IMG/VR virus record: IMGVR_UViG_3300045988_150299
Location: 1-37,040 of that record
DNA from: a virus
Reading direction: 5' to 3' (one strand)
DNA length: 37,040 bases
Shown here: positions 1 to 9,000 of the stretch, in pieces
Layout: the number at the start of each line of letters is the position of its first letter
Position numbering within the stretch: the first letter of the stretch is position 1
Notes under the pieces: generated by a model
Told to the model about the DNA's origin: nothing
The model's database searches: none
The model's input: only the letters and a program-made list of their open reading frames with translations
Position numbers and translations under genes: made by a program

Positions 1-36
1 CACCCCATCTAACTTTAATACCAAGTTTTTCAGCCT
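1..36. repeat. Terminal direct repeat: bases 1-36 are identical to 37005-37040 (circular closure overlap, unit length 37004 bp)
   Basis: caccccatctaactttaataccaagtttttcagcct occurs at both window ends. A minus-strand ORF reads in frame across the junction. Confidence 0.9.
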
Positions 37-319
37 CTTCTTTTAGTACATCAGCAACTTTTTTAAATCCCTCTAAGTCGTTCCAATCTTTAAATGGGTA
101 TGGAATAAAATCAAAAGCATATGATTTAGGTTTTTTACAATGCTTACTTTTGTTTGTCCAGCTAGTTCCCTTAGTTTGATTTTCCTTTGCCTCTTCCTCT
201 GTTCTAGCTCCATCTATTATAGAGAAGTCTATTCTTTTTATAGCTTGGCTTGCTATTAATATTAATCTATCATCACACTCTTCTAAGTGTTTTAAACTTC
301 TTTCACTAAATTTATACAT
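1..319 (-). CDS. Endolysin, peptidase M15 family (VanY / L-Ala-D-Glu peptidase-like), N-terminal part. The CDS wraps the circular junction and ends at 36919.
   Basis: ATG at 319 (MYKFSERSLKHLEECDDRL...). It is absent from the ORF track because the window edge cuts it. The joined product is 134 aa, with SKH...AFDF and DGGHFE zinc-ligand-type motifs. It lies next to the holin. Confidence 0.7.
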   Translation of the reverse strand, partial: MYKFSERSLKHLEECDDRLILIASQAIKRIDFSIIDGARTEEEAKENQTKGTSWTNKSKHCKKPKSYAFDFIPYPFKDWNDLEGFKKVADVLKEEAEKLGIKVRWG

Positions 320-338
320 ACTATCAACCCCTTATTTT

Positions 339-1190
339 CTAAATAGATACTTGTGATGTTTCAAGTTTTTTTAATTCTTCAATAAAATCATCTATAGTTA
401 AGTCTATTCTATCTTTAGTTTTTAACTTGTCAGCAACAACATAGCATTTAACAACAAAGTCTAAGCATTGTAATGCTAAAGAATTAAACTCTTCTATAGT
501 TAATAATAGACTATCAGAGCCATCATCATTAAATGACCAAGGAACATTTGTTATAGCCTGTCTAACATTATTAGCTATCATAATTCCAGACCCAGTTGAA
601 GATAACATAAGTAACTTTCTACTATCTAAGGTTTGTATGTGAGATTCTTCTCTTATAGTTACTTCACAACCTTTAGCAAGGACTTGCATTAGGAGTTCAT
701 CTCCTATGTATTTACCTATATAGTCTTTTCTTTCTTCTGAAGTTGCTTTATCTTCGTATATCCAAGTATCATAGTTCCACTCAATTCTTATTCCTTTAGG
801 TTTTTCAACCTTGACTATTTTGTTATCTTCAATTTTTTCTCCCTCTTGAAGTTTACTTCTGTCAATTACCCAATTAGGACTTTCCCATTTGTATTGCCAA
901 CTTGGTTGAGGAATTTTCTTAATAGTATCCCCCTCTAATATTTCCCCATCTGTTAGAGTTAAAAGCCCTAAATCTATAAGTTCTTTTTCAGTAGCTTTTC
1001 TAACTGTATCTCCCTCAACAATAGGGTGTCCTATTAGAACTGTATTTCCTGTATAAGTAACTACATTTTCATATAGTTCTGATTTTCCTTGTTCTTGTAT
1101 TTCTTCTTGAGTAAGAACTTTATCTTCTTGCCCTAAACAAAATAGTATTCCTTGTTCTGCTTTTTCTTTATCATAATAAAATACTGTCAT
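339..1190 (-). CDS. Hypothetical protein distal to the tail fibre genes (possible fibre assembly or receptor-binding accessory protein)
   Basis: 283-aa ORF in the late operon between the fibres and the endolysin. The W-rich segment WQYKWESPNWVIDRSKL is reminiscent of tail fibre assembly proteins. No firm motif. Confidence 0.4.
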   Translation of the reverse strand: MTVFYYDKEKAEQGILFCLGQEDKVLTQEEIQEQGKSELYENVVTYTGNTVLIGHPIVEGDTVRKATEKELIDLGLLTLTDGEILEGDTIKKIPQPSWQYKWESPNWVIDRSKLQEGEKIEDNKIVKVEKPKGIRIEWNYDTWIYEDKATSEERKDYIGKYIGDELLMQVLAKGCEVTIREESHIQTLDSRKLLMLSSTGSGIMIANNVRQAITNVPWSFNDDGSDSLLLTIEEFNSLALQCLDFVVKCYVVADKLKTKDRIDLTIDDFIEELKKLETSQVSI

Positions 1191-1200
1191 TTATACCTCC

Positions 1201-1602
1201 CTATTTGTAAAACAAAACTTGCAACGAATAATCTCTGTAATTTCTTTCTCCAAAGTTAACATTTATGTAATTTCCAGATATAGTTGTATTAAGTTCTGCT
1301 AATTTAGCAGAGCCAGTCATTATCATTTTAAATACTCTTCCATTAGTAATAGTAGCTTCATAACCTGCTATAGTTTTATATCCTGCATTTAAAATACAAT
1401 AATTCCACCCTCTATATTCTTCTGGTATCAAAAAACTTTTTCCAGTATTACTTGATGTTAAAGTAACTACTGCCCATTTCTTAGCGGTTTTCTCTAAGTT
1501 AGATAACCTATCATCTAACCCTTTCATAGTTATTGGAGTAGTAGAAGATTTTCCTTCCAGTGCTGATGTCCTATCATTTAAATTTTTCATAGTGATAGCC
1601 AT
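1201..1602 (-). CDS. Hypothetical virion or fibre-associated protein
   Basis: 133-aa ORF. Its start overlaps the stop of the upstream fibre gene by one base (both at 1602). Assignment is by position only. Confidence 0.4.
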   Translation of the reverse strand: MAITMKNLNDRTSALEGKSSTTPITMKGLDDRLSNLEKTAKKWAVVTLTSSNTGKSFLIPEEYRGWNYCILNAGYKTIAGYEATITNGRVFKMIMTGSAKLAELNTTISGNYINVNFGERNYRDYSLQVLFYK

Positions 1603-2714
1603 TATACCCTACCCCCTTTTAAATCTTCTATTTCCTTACTCATTTCTTTTACAGCTTCAATAAGTAAAGCTACTATATGTCCATACATAACAGTTAAATA
1701 ACCATTGTCCTCATTTTTGACCACAACTTCTGGCAATACTTTTTCAATCTCTTGAGCTATAACTCCAGCTTGTCTTTGTCCTGTACCTAACATAGTGAAT
1801 GTGTACCCATTGATTTGATTTACTTTTTTAAGAGCATTAGTTATCTTTGTTATATCAGTTTTTAATCTTCTATCTGAATAAGCCGTAACTTCTCCGTTTG
1901 AAACAATAGCTCCTGTTACTGTTAAGTTTCCATTAATAGTACCACCGGATTTTGGAAGTTTTGTATTATCAGCTATTGTAATATTGGCACTACCATCATA
2001 ACTAACTCCGTTGATAGTTCTAGCAGTTTGTAATTTTGTAGCAGTAGCAGAGTTCCCTGTACAAGCACCAGCACTATCAGCAGTTGTAGCACTCTTTGCT
2101 TTATCTTCTTTACCTAATTTACCATCTAATAAATTATTAGTTTCAGTTTTAGTATATACATCTGGTTTGTTTATTAATTTTTCATAATCGGTAGTCCCAG
2201 GTTGACCGCTTTGTCCTGGTATCCCTTGTTGACCTCTAGGGGCAGTAAAATCATATGTGCTACCATTAGTTAAAGTCACAGTATAAACATTTCCGCCATC
2301 TTCATTAGTATTCTTAAATGTTATACTTTTTACTCCTACTCCATCAACTCCTTTAGGACCTTGAATACCTTGCTCTCCAGTATCTCCTTTAGGACCTTTA
2401 GGACCAGTATTTCCAGTTATACCTTGTTCCCCTTTATCTCCCTTAGGTCCTTGAATACCTTGAGGACCTCGAGGACCTTGTGGTCCAGTATCTCCCTTAT
2501 CTCCTTTAGGACCTTGAATACCCTGCTCTCCAGTATCTCCCTTAGGACCTTGAGGACCTTGTATTCCTTGTTCTCCTTTTGCACCAGGTAAACCTTGAAT
2601 ACCTTGTTCCCCTTGTATTCCTTGTTCTCCTTTAGGACCTTGAGGTCCGATATCTCCTTGTTCTCCTTTAGGACCTTGAGGACCTACAACATTACCTATA
2701 ATTAATTTCGGCAT
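1602..2714 (-). CDS. Collagen-like tail fibre with a C-terminal intramolecular chaperone (peptidase S74) domain
   Basis: 38 uninterrupted Gly-X-Y triplets (aa 11-125). The C-terminus [13 protein letters not shown]...[15 protein letters not shown]...[15 protein letters not shown] matches the S74 auto-cleaving chaperone pattern (Ser codon at 1875-1877). Confidence 0.8.
   Translation of the reverse strand: MPKLIIGNVVGPQGPKGEQGDIGPQGPKGEQGIQGEQGIQGLPGAKGEQGIQGPQGPKGDTGEQGIQGPKGDKGDTGPQGPRGPQGIQGPKGDKGEQGITGNTGPKGPKGDTGEQGIQGPKGVDGVGVKSITFKNTNEDGGNVYTVTLTNGSTYDFTAPRGQQGIPGQSGQPGTTDYEKLINKPDVYTKTETNNLLDGKLGKEDKAKSATTADSAGACTGNSATATKLQTARTINGVSYDGSANITIADNTKLPKSGGTINGNLTVTGAIVSNGEVTAYSDRRLKTDITKITNALKKVNQINGYTFTMLGTGQRQAGVIAQEIEKVLPEVVVKNEDNGYLTVMYGHIVALLIEAVKEMSKEIEDLKGGRV
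2340..2684 (-). repeat. Gly-X-Y collagen-like triplet array 1 (coding repeat)
   Basis: Periodic ggaCCTtgaggacc-type 9-nt units on the plus strand, translating to [12 protein letters not shown] triplets on the minus strand. Confidence 0.9.
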
Positions 2715-2727
2715 AATTAAAACCTCC

Positions 2728-4107
2728 TTATTCTAAAATTTCTAATACTAAATTTCCATCTTCATCTATTGAAAAATTTGGTTGAGTATCATTCTCGTTA
2801 TAATATACAACTAAGTTTCCATCTTCTATTTGGAATATGTACTGACTATTTATAGGAGTGATTACAGCAGTTCCATTATCTCCTTTATCTCCCTTATCTC
2901 CTTTAGGACCTTGTATTCCTTGAGGACCTTGAGGTCCGATATCTCCCTGCTCTCCCTTAGGTCCTTGTTCTCCTTGTATTCCTTGAATGCCTTGTTCGCC
3001 TTTTAGTCCTTGAAGTCCTCTTTCTCCTTGAATGCCTTGTTCCCCTTGTATTCCTTGAATACCTTGAGGACCTGTTATTCCTTGAGGACCTTGAGGTCCA
3101 ACTTCTCCTTGTATTCCTTGCTCTCCTTGAATACCTTGAGGTCCATTTTCCCCTCTTTCTCCTTGGTCTCCTTTATCTCCTTTGAATCCTCTTTCTCCTC
3201 TTTCTCCTTTCGGTCCTTCTGGTCCATCATTGCCTTGAATACCTTGAGGACCTCTTCGTGCTAATAATTCTCCTATAATTTCTCCGTCTTCACGGTAGAC
3301 TGTATAGATGTTTCCTTCTGGTAATTCTTTATTAAAACCAACACTTGCTATTGAGTACCCTCTTTCTCCTTTTAAATCTTGCATATGATAGTCTATATAA
3401 TCTTGGATTTCTTTTTCTGCTTCTTCTATTTTTTCTTGTGTATATTTATCTAATTTTAAATAACTATCTGTTTTAAGATAATTATCAATAATTTCTTTTA
3501 AATCTTTTTCTAATTGAATAACTAGCTCTTTTACTCTATTATCCAAATCTTCAAGTAATATTTTTTTTGTATCTTCATAAATCTTATTGAGCAACTCTTG
3601 ATATTTCTCAAATAGTGTAGTTACAGGATAAGTAGCTATCCCATCATCTGACATATACCAGATAGAACCTTTTGGTAAATCTGGTAAACCTAATTGTTTG
3701 GGTATTCCACTATCTACAAATAATTGAGATTTTATAATTTCTTTTTCTGTTCCAAGTATTGCAGCTTTTATTTTAGTAAACATATTATTTAGATTTTCTG
3801 GTGTAATATCTCCTGTACTACTAAAAGTAAAATCTAAATCAAAATAAGGTTCAGACTTAACTATCTTAATATCTGTGTAATCATTCCATATGCCATCTGG
3901 GTAGTTAGTAAAATCAATGTTTCCAGCATTGTATGTGTAATAATCTTTAGGTATAAGGAATATAAAAGCTGTGCTAGTTATAGGATTTTGTTTTTTTCCG
4001 TAAACTTCACAACTTGTCATTAAGTCTGAAAAGCTAGTAGCATACTGTTGTCTATTCTCTTCTAACTTAAAATACTCTTTTTTAAAATTTAACATTTGCT
4101 TAAACAC
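2728..4107 (-). CDS. Collagen-like tail fibre or tail spike protein
   Basis: 459 aa: a non-repetitive N-terminal domain of about 285 aa, then 42 Gly-X-Y triplets (aa 286-412) and a short C-terminal knob. It sits directly after TerL and before the second fibre. Confidence 0.7.
   Translation of the reverse strand: MFKQMLNFKKEYFKLEENRQQYATSFSDLMTSCEVYGKKQNPITSTAFIFLIPKDYYTYNAGNIDFTNYPDGIWNDYTDIKIVKSEPYFDLDFTFSSTGDITPENLNNMFTKIKAAILGTEKEIIKSQLFVDSGIPKQLGLPDLPKGSIWYMSDDGIATYPVTTLFEKYQELLNKIYEDTKKILLEDLDNRVKELVIQLEKDLKEIIDNYLKTDSYLKLDKYTQEKIEEAEKEIQDYIDYHMQDLKGERGYSIASVGFNKELPEGNIYTVYREDGEIIGELLARRGPQGIQGNDGPEGPKGERGERGFKGDKGDQGERGENGPQGIQGEQGIQGEVGPQGPQGITGPQGIQGIQGEQGIQGERGLQGLKGEQGIQGIQGEQGPKGEQGDIGPQGPQGIQGPKGDKGDKGDNGTAVITPINSQYIFQIEDGNLVVYYNENDTQPNFSIDEDGNLVLEILE
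2872..3252 (-). repeat. Gly-X-Y collagen-like triplet array 2 (coding repeat)
   Basis: 42 consecutive GXY triplets. It shares identical stretches of up to 23 bp with array 1 (for example ggaccttgaggtccgatatctcc at about 2636 and about 2921). Confidence 0.9.
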
Positions 4108-4115
4108 CTCTTTTC

Positions 4116-5627
4116 TTAATAATAAGTTGTTAGTGGTCCATCAAAACTATCTTTTAGATATATGCTAGCAAATATCATAGCAGTTCTAAATGAATCTGCG
4201 TCATCAGAAGCTTTATCATTTGCGTCGTGGTCTGGTATATCTAAGTAACAGTTCATGGACTTGTTATATTTTTTGACATAGCCTCCTAATTGTATAACTC
4301 CTATGTTACACTCGTTATTATCTATCTCTACATTGTCAAACTCCTTTCTTATATAGTTGATTTGATTTATTAATGTAGTCATATCATTTTTAGCTAGCTC
4401 TGTCTTAGACAGAGTTCTTACATCACTAAAATAATTTAATCTTATGTAGTCACTTCTTTTTGAAGTTGCACTCCATTCCTCGACATCTCCATCATGTGGT
4501 AGTACCATAGTAGGCTGCATATAGTACCCATTATCTTTGCACCATTTCTTTATATATTGGCAGCAGTGGTCTGGTCCTTGCCCAGTAACTCTATAATGTT
4601 TTATGAATCTAATTCTATTATTGTGAGGGTTTTTTTGAAAAAACCACAATACTGTATGGTCCCTTTTTCCTATATCCCAAGCAACATATAAAGGTTGTTG
4701 TGTCCAGAAATGCCCTGTGTATATTTGAGTATATCTTCTACTTACACTATCTAATAACTCTTCATACCTACCATAAAACTTTATCCTTTCATCTTCATAA
4801 GCTTTTTTTAGTTGTTCTCCATACCAAGCACCAACTAGATGAGTATTGATTTTACATTCCCACTCTTGAGCGTATGAATCTGGGTCCATAGTAAGAGCTT
4901 GTTTTCTAAGTTCTTTATCATTTATTACCCTCTCCCCTTTGTAGTTCAAAGAATCTTTTCCAGATTGAATATCTACATACCACATATCTTTAATTTCTTT
5001 ATTTTCTGGTTTACTTAGGATAGTGAAGTAATCTATAAAAAGTTTAGTAAACCAATTATATTTACCCCTCGGTGTAGAGATAAATATTACAAAACCGAAG
5101 TCGGTATTGTTAATAACCATATCAACTGCAGGTTTCATATATTGATAGAACTTTTCTTTTATAAGTGCTGCCTCTGTGTAAATAACTCCTCTAGCTCCTA
5201 CTCCTACACTTGCGTCTGGGTTATCTCCTCCACGAAAGAAGATTTTAGCTCCATTAAATAAAGTTACACTCCAATCGGATTTGTTAACTTTAGGTCCTCT
5301 TGGATTTGCTAGTATTTCATCTGGTATGAGGTTTTCAAGTAAAGGTAAACCGTTTAAGGTTTTCCCATCTACAACTATTTCTTTTACCTGTCTAAAGTAT
5401 GGTGCATAGATATAGTAGTTTCCTGGGTGTTGTATTGCAGCTAGTATCATAATGAGTAATGAAATAAAGTCCTTACCATATCTTCTATGAGCCATTAGTG
5501 CAAAATACTTTTTCTTATTTTCCAGGACATTGTCCAGAAGTTCTTTCTGTCCTTTGTGTAGATATTTAATAACTTTTTTATAACTGATAGTTACTCTTCT
5601 TTTTGCTGCTCTTCCTAAAAAATTCAA
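4116..5627 (-). CDS. terL: Terminase large subunit
   Basis: Walker A-like AHRRYGKD, Walker B-like GVIYTE, coupling motif ISTPRG, and nuclease motif [13 protein letters not shown] start 5 nt after the SD AAGGAGGTG. Confidence 0.75.
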   Translation of the reverse strand: MNFLGRAAKRRVTISYKKVIKYLHKGQKELLDNVLENKKKYFALMAHRRYGKDFISLLIMILAAIQHPGNYYIYAPYFRQVKEIVVDGKTLNGLPLLENLIPDEILANPRGPKVNKSDWSVTLFNGAKIFFRGGDNPDASVGVGARGVIYTEAALIKEKFYQYMKPAVDMVINNTDFGFVIFISTPRGKYNWFTKLFIDYFTILSKPENKEIKDMWYVDIQSGKDSLNYKGERVINDKELRKQALTMDPDSYAQEWECKINTHLVGAWYGEQLKKAYEDERIKFYGRYEELLDSVSRRYTQIYTGHFWTQQPLYVAWDIGKRDHTVLWFFQKNPHNNRIRFIKHYRVTGQGPDHCCQYIKKWCKDNGYYMQPTMVLPHDGDVEEWSATSKRSDYIRLNYFSDVRTLSKTELAKNDMTTLINQINYIRKEFDNVEIDNNECNIGVIQLGGYVKKYNKSMNCYLDIPDHDANDKASDDADSFRTAMIFASIYLKDSFDGPLTTYY

Positions 5628-5691
5628 AACTCCACCTCCTTACCTGTTTGATAGTTTGAAATTCCATCTTTTAAAAGTTGGAAAATAAAAA

Positions 5692-5717
5692 AAGGACAAC
5701 CCTTTTAGGTTGTCCTT
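5692..5717 (-). terminator. Rho-independent terminator (10-bp stem aaggacaacc/ggttgtcctt, 6-nt loop, U-run on the minus strand)
   Basis: Perfect stem read directly. The minus strand continues tttttttatttt. Confidence 0.7.
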
Positions 5718-5739
5718 TGATTTTTCTGTAAATGGAAAA

Positions 5740-5761
5740 AGGCAACTCTAAAAGGTTGCCT
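5740..5761 (-). terminator. Rho-independent terminator-like hairpin (aggcaac/gttgcct)
   Basis: 7-bp stem, 8-nt loop, followed by ttttcc on the minus strand. Confidence 0.5.
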
Positions 5762-5776
5762 GATTTTCTTAAAATT

Positions 5777-5805
5777 ATTATATCATTAAATACTAAAAAA
5801 GTCTA
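5777..5805 (-). promoter_or_regulatory. Sigma70-type promoter, extended -10 (TAGACT-17-TGaTATAAT)
   Basis: -35 is the reverse complement of 5800-5805. -10 is the reverse complement of 5777-5782. The spacer is exactly 17 bp and a TG lies one base upstream of the -10. Confidence 0.4.
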
Positions 5806-5806
5806 T

Positions 5807-5877
5807 AAAAAGAAAAAGGCTGGTATAGTTGCAGCTATACCAGCGATGAACATACTAAGTCTTTCGTTCTTCTTAGT
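5807..5877 (-). ncRNA. Predicted small RNA of about 70 nt, antisense in trans to the start of the small peptide ORF (candidate type I antitoxin RNA)
   Basis: Promoter TTGAAC-17-TGtTATAAT. A 5' hairpin (5877-5872/5859-5854) has the 12-nt loop AAGAACGAAAGA. A strong terminator follows (stem 5844-5835/5828-5819, then CUUUUUCUUUUU). Confidence 0.5.
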
Positions 5878-5883
5878 AATTAA

Positions 5884-5929
5884 ATTATAACAAAAATAAC
5901 TAGAAAGTTCAAGATATTTTTGTTATAAT
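5884..5929. promoter_or_regulatory. Back-to-back divergent promoters built on a perfect 14-bp inverted repeat
   Basis: attataacaaaaat (5884-5897) and atttttgttataat (5916-5929) are exact inverted repeats. Each arm supplies a TGtTATAAT extended -10. The -35 elements are gttcaa (5907-5912, minus strand) and tagaaa (5901-5906, plus strand), both at 17 bp. Confidence 0.55.
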
Positions 5930-5953
5930 AAGTCTAGCCCACCAAGAAAGGGG

Positions 5954-6034
5954 GTGAACATCATTAAGTCTTTCGTTCTAAGACTAATAATACTGGTTAT
6001 TCTGTTTTTCTTAGTAAACAGAGTTGCATTATAA
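5954..6034 (+). CDS. Small hydrophobic peptide (23-26 aa), candidate type I toxin
   Basis: SD AAGGGGGTG at 5948-5956. The frame is (GTG)-AAC-ATC-ATT-..., giving (M)NIIKSFVLRLIILVILFFLVNRVAL with TAA at 6032-6034. The likely start is ATC or ATT, 5-8 nt after the SD core. It has a single predicted TM helix. Confidence 0.4.
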   Translation: MNIIKSFVLRLIILVILFFLVNRVAL

Positions 6035-6046
6035 TTAGTCAAAAAA

Positions 6047-6075
6047 GGGGAGTGTTGCAGCACTCCTCCTTTTTT
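6047..6075. terminator. Bidirectional rho-independent terminator
   Basis: Stem ggagtg/cactcc with loop ttgcag. T-run 6070-6075 on the plus strand and an A-run at 6041-6046 (a U-run on the minus strand). It lies immediately after the stop of the 1633-aa gene. Confidence 0.65.
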
Positions 6076-9000
6076 ATTCTCCTACTATTTTTTCTGCTAA
6101 ACTATATCCTGTTTTAGCCATATTAACATTTGATGTACCTAGTCCTAGTTTTAAAATATTTGCTCCAGCTTTTTCAAAATCTCCTTTAGATAAATTTTGA
6201 GCTATCTGTATAGGTCTTCTTGCTACTGCTGAACCATTAACTAAAGCCCATGAGTTTATTTGAGAATCTAGCACTTCCCAAAATGCACTACCTGGACTAT
6301 CTATTAAATCATCTATTTTTTCATTGATAGTTGCTATTGGGTCAGTATAAAAATCTAAGTCAGTTACAAGTGCTAGTCCTCCATATAGTCCTGTTACTCC
6401 TAAGATATGTTTGAATAATCTTTTTTGCCATATCTTATTACCCCAATCAAAATGCCCATCTACTATATTAGAGGCGTATAAATCTCTTCCCAATCTTCTC
6501 CACTGTTCTTGTATAGAAGTTTTGAAGTTTCCCATCAACCTCATAAAATTTCTGTGGATAGGATTTTCAATATTTTCAATGACAGCTCTCATAGAAGCGT
6601 TGGTTTCAGTAGGTGAAATATCAGTAACTATTTTGTCATGTAACTTAGTTATTTTTTCAGTAATATTTTTTCTTATTAAGTCAAATTCTTCATTGTATAG
6701 AACTCTTCCTAATTGTTTTTCTACTTCTGATTTATTTATAAAATCAAATAAGTCAACTTCATTAAATACACCTAACTCATTAAATTCTGGAATATCTTTT
6801 AATTTTTTTATGAAATAAAAGTCTAAATCATCTATACCTACATTTTTAAATAAATTTTTCATATAGGCAGTATTATTTTTAAATAAATCATCTAAGTCTT
6901 GAAATTTACTCATATTTCTTAAAATCTCTGCACCCTCAAAAAAAGCTGCAAGTTTCATAACCTTTTGGCTCTCTCCATAAAAATTTAATTTATTAAGTCC
7001 TGTGTCTATTCCACTAATTATCTTTTCCCATTTTCTACCATACTTATTTATCCTTTCTGCTATCTCTCCTGTTACATCATCTGCCTTATCCATAATAGAG
7101 TTGAAAAATTTTAAAGGTACTGAATATTCAAATCTACTTCCTAAAGCTTTATCATATTTATCAAACATTTCTTTACTTAGATATAGCACTTGTGCAGCCT
7201 TTAAAAAATTTTTATAAGTTTCAGTAATACCTGCTGAATTATATAACATAGTGCTAGCCCTTGCCATTGTTGGTGCTTCAAATATAAAGTCCTTTGTAAA
7301 TTTAAGCCCTGTTAAACTAACTTTATTACTATAACTTAAAAAATTAGTAATAGCTTTGTCTGCTATTGTTTTTGGTGGTTTTGTAATTCTTCCTAAATCC
7401 ATTCCTATTCTATCATCTATTTTTTTCTCAATGGCTCTAACTAAAGTTTTATAAGTATCATTTGCAGTTTTTCTTTGAGTTTCATTCAAGATTCTTTCTA
7501 TACCATTCATTCCATGTCCTGGTAAATTATCTTTAATGGCTTTAGCTACTGAAATTTCTCTTATAAATCTTCTAATAGCTGTTCTATCAGAAGTCTTATT
7601 TTTATTTACAAGTCTTGTTAGATTTTTTCTTTTTATAATTTTTTCTCCATTAATAAAGTCATCAAATCTACCAAATCTATGAAGATGTCCTCCAAGAAAT
7701 TTATTTTTGTAACTTCCTTTCTTACTCATCATATCCATAGTATAAAAATATTTTGCATTATTTTTTCTACTTTCTAGTATATTTTGAGCTATAAGGTTAG
7801 TATCTACCTCTTTGTAAAAGTCTGATTTTTCAATAAATTCTTTTATTTGTGGTATTCCCTCAAGTTTATATTTTTTAACAAGTGCTTTCTTATCTGATGA
7901 ACTCATGCACTCGTTAGCTTTAGCCATTAATTTTATAATTTTTTCTTTAGGAGCTTTATTCTTTCCTTTAAGATTATTAATTAAAGTTTCTGGTGCTGAT
8001 TCAAAGAACTCTAAATTATCTTCTGCAAAAGCATTTCTTATAGTAAGCAATCTTTCTGGGATATTAAGTTCTACTAAATCATCATAACTCAAATCTCCTC
8101 TTATAAATTTATCTAAATCAACCTTTTTATCATCTCCTAGATACTTCAATATATCTTCTTGTCTTATATATTTTTCTGCACTTAGGTTATGGTCAAACAT
8201 AAAATTATTGACAATGTCATCTACTGTTATCTCATAACCATTTGTCAATTCTTTCATAGTGCTATAAAATTCTTCTCTTAATCTTAGTATCTCTGGTTCA
8301 AGCTCTTTTAAGCTATCTGGTAAACTTTTATAATTCCATCTAAATAGATAATGAGTTAGATTTTCTCCATTCTCTTCAAATAAACTTATTAATTTATCTG
8401 GATTCAATTTCTCGCCTTTATAAGTTATATTGAAAGCATTAGTTAGCATACCTTCCATTTGTTGCTTAGTTTTCTCGTATGGAATAAATAAATTTGTTTC
8501 AAGATATTCACTCATAAGTGATGAAGCTTGTCCAACGTCTTTAGCTTTCCAAAATATTTCTGGTATATCATTTTTCCACTTAGCATACTTACTAAAACTT
8601 TTTCTAAGTTCTGCTATTTTTTTACCTGGGTCTTTTATTCCTTTTACAGAATCAATCATATTTGAAAATGCTACTATGTCTTCAGTTCCTGTATTTTTAG
8701 GTAATTGTAAATCAAGTAATTCTACAGTTTCAGAATTTATTTTACCATCTTTTAACATGTTATTTATTTTGTCATTTATTATATAACTAATCTCAAAATT
8801 TACATCTGGATATTTAGAAAAATGTCCTTTTGTCATATCTTCTATAGCTTCTCCAAATGTCATATCTGCTATATCTTTTTTTTGAAATTTTATACTCTTA
8901 AATCCTGGAGCTTGGTATTTGTCTATTGCGTGTTCTATTTCATGCCTTAAAGTACCTAGTTTTAAATCTAAATCATCTTTCATCATTAATGGATTTAAAC

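Larger units (their letters stand above)
5686..5770 (-). ncRNA. Predicted short transcript consisting of two tandem terminator hairpins
   Basis: It lies downstream of the extended -10 promoter at 5777-5805. Hairpins are at 5761-5740 and 5717-5692, each followed by a U-run. There is no ORF. Confidence 0.3.

Noticed and set aside
2361-3264. Plus-strand ORFs 2361-2591 and 3010-3264 (Ser/Leu/Arg/Thr-rich)
   Set aside because: They are the antisense reading of the Gly-X-Y arrays. They are low-complexity, have no SD, and lie entirely inside well-supported minus-strand fibre genes.
1602-4107. Collagen-like sequence as eukaryotic contamination
   Set aside because: The codon usage and AT-rich flanks are the same as the rest of the genome. 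The repeats are fused in frame to a phage S74 chaperone domain and sit in a phage late operon.
5846-5890. 14-codon plus-strand ORF MNILSLSFFLVIKL as a second toxin copy
   Set aside because: It has no SD. Its ATG lies immediately 3' of the terminator hairpin stem (5819-5844). No plus-strand promoter with good spacing lies upstream. It is more simply explained as the duplicated segment whose antisense strand encodes the small RNA.
5628-6073. tRNA or tmRNA in the hairpin-rich intergenic region
   Set aside because: The hairpins are simple terminator-type stem-loops. No cloverleaf arrangement, T-loop (GTTCRANNC) or acceptor/CCA context could be built.
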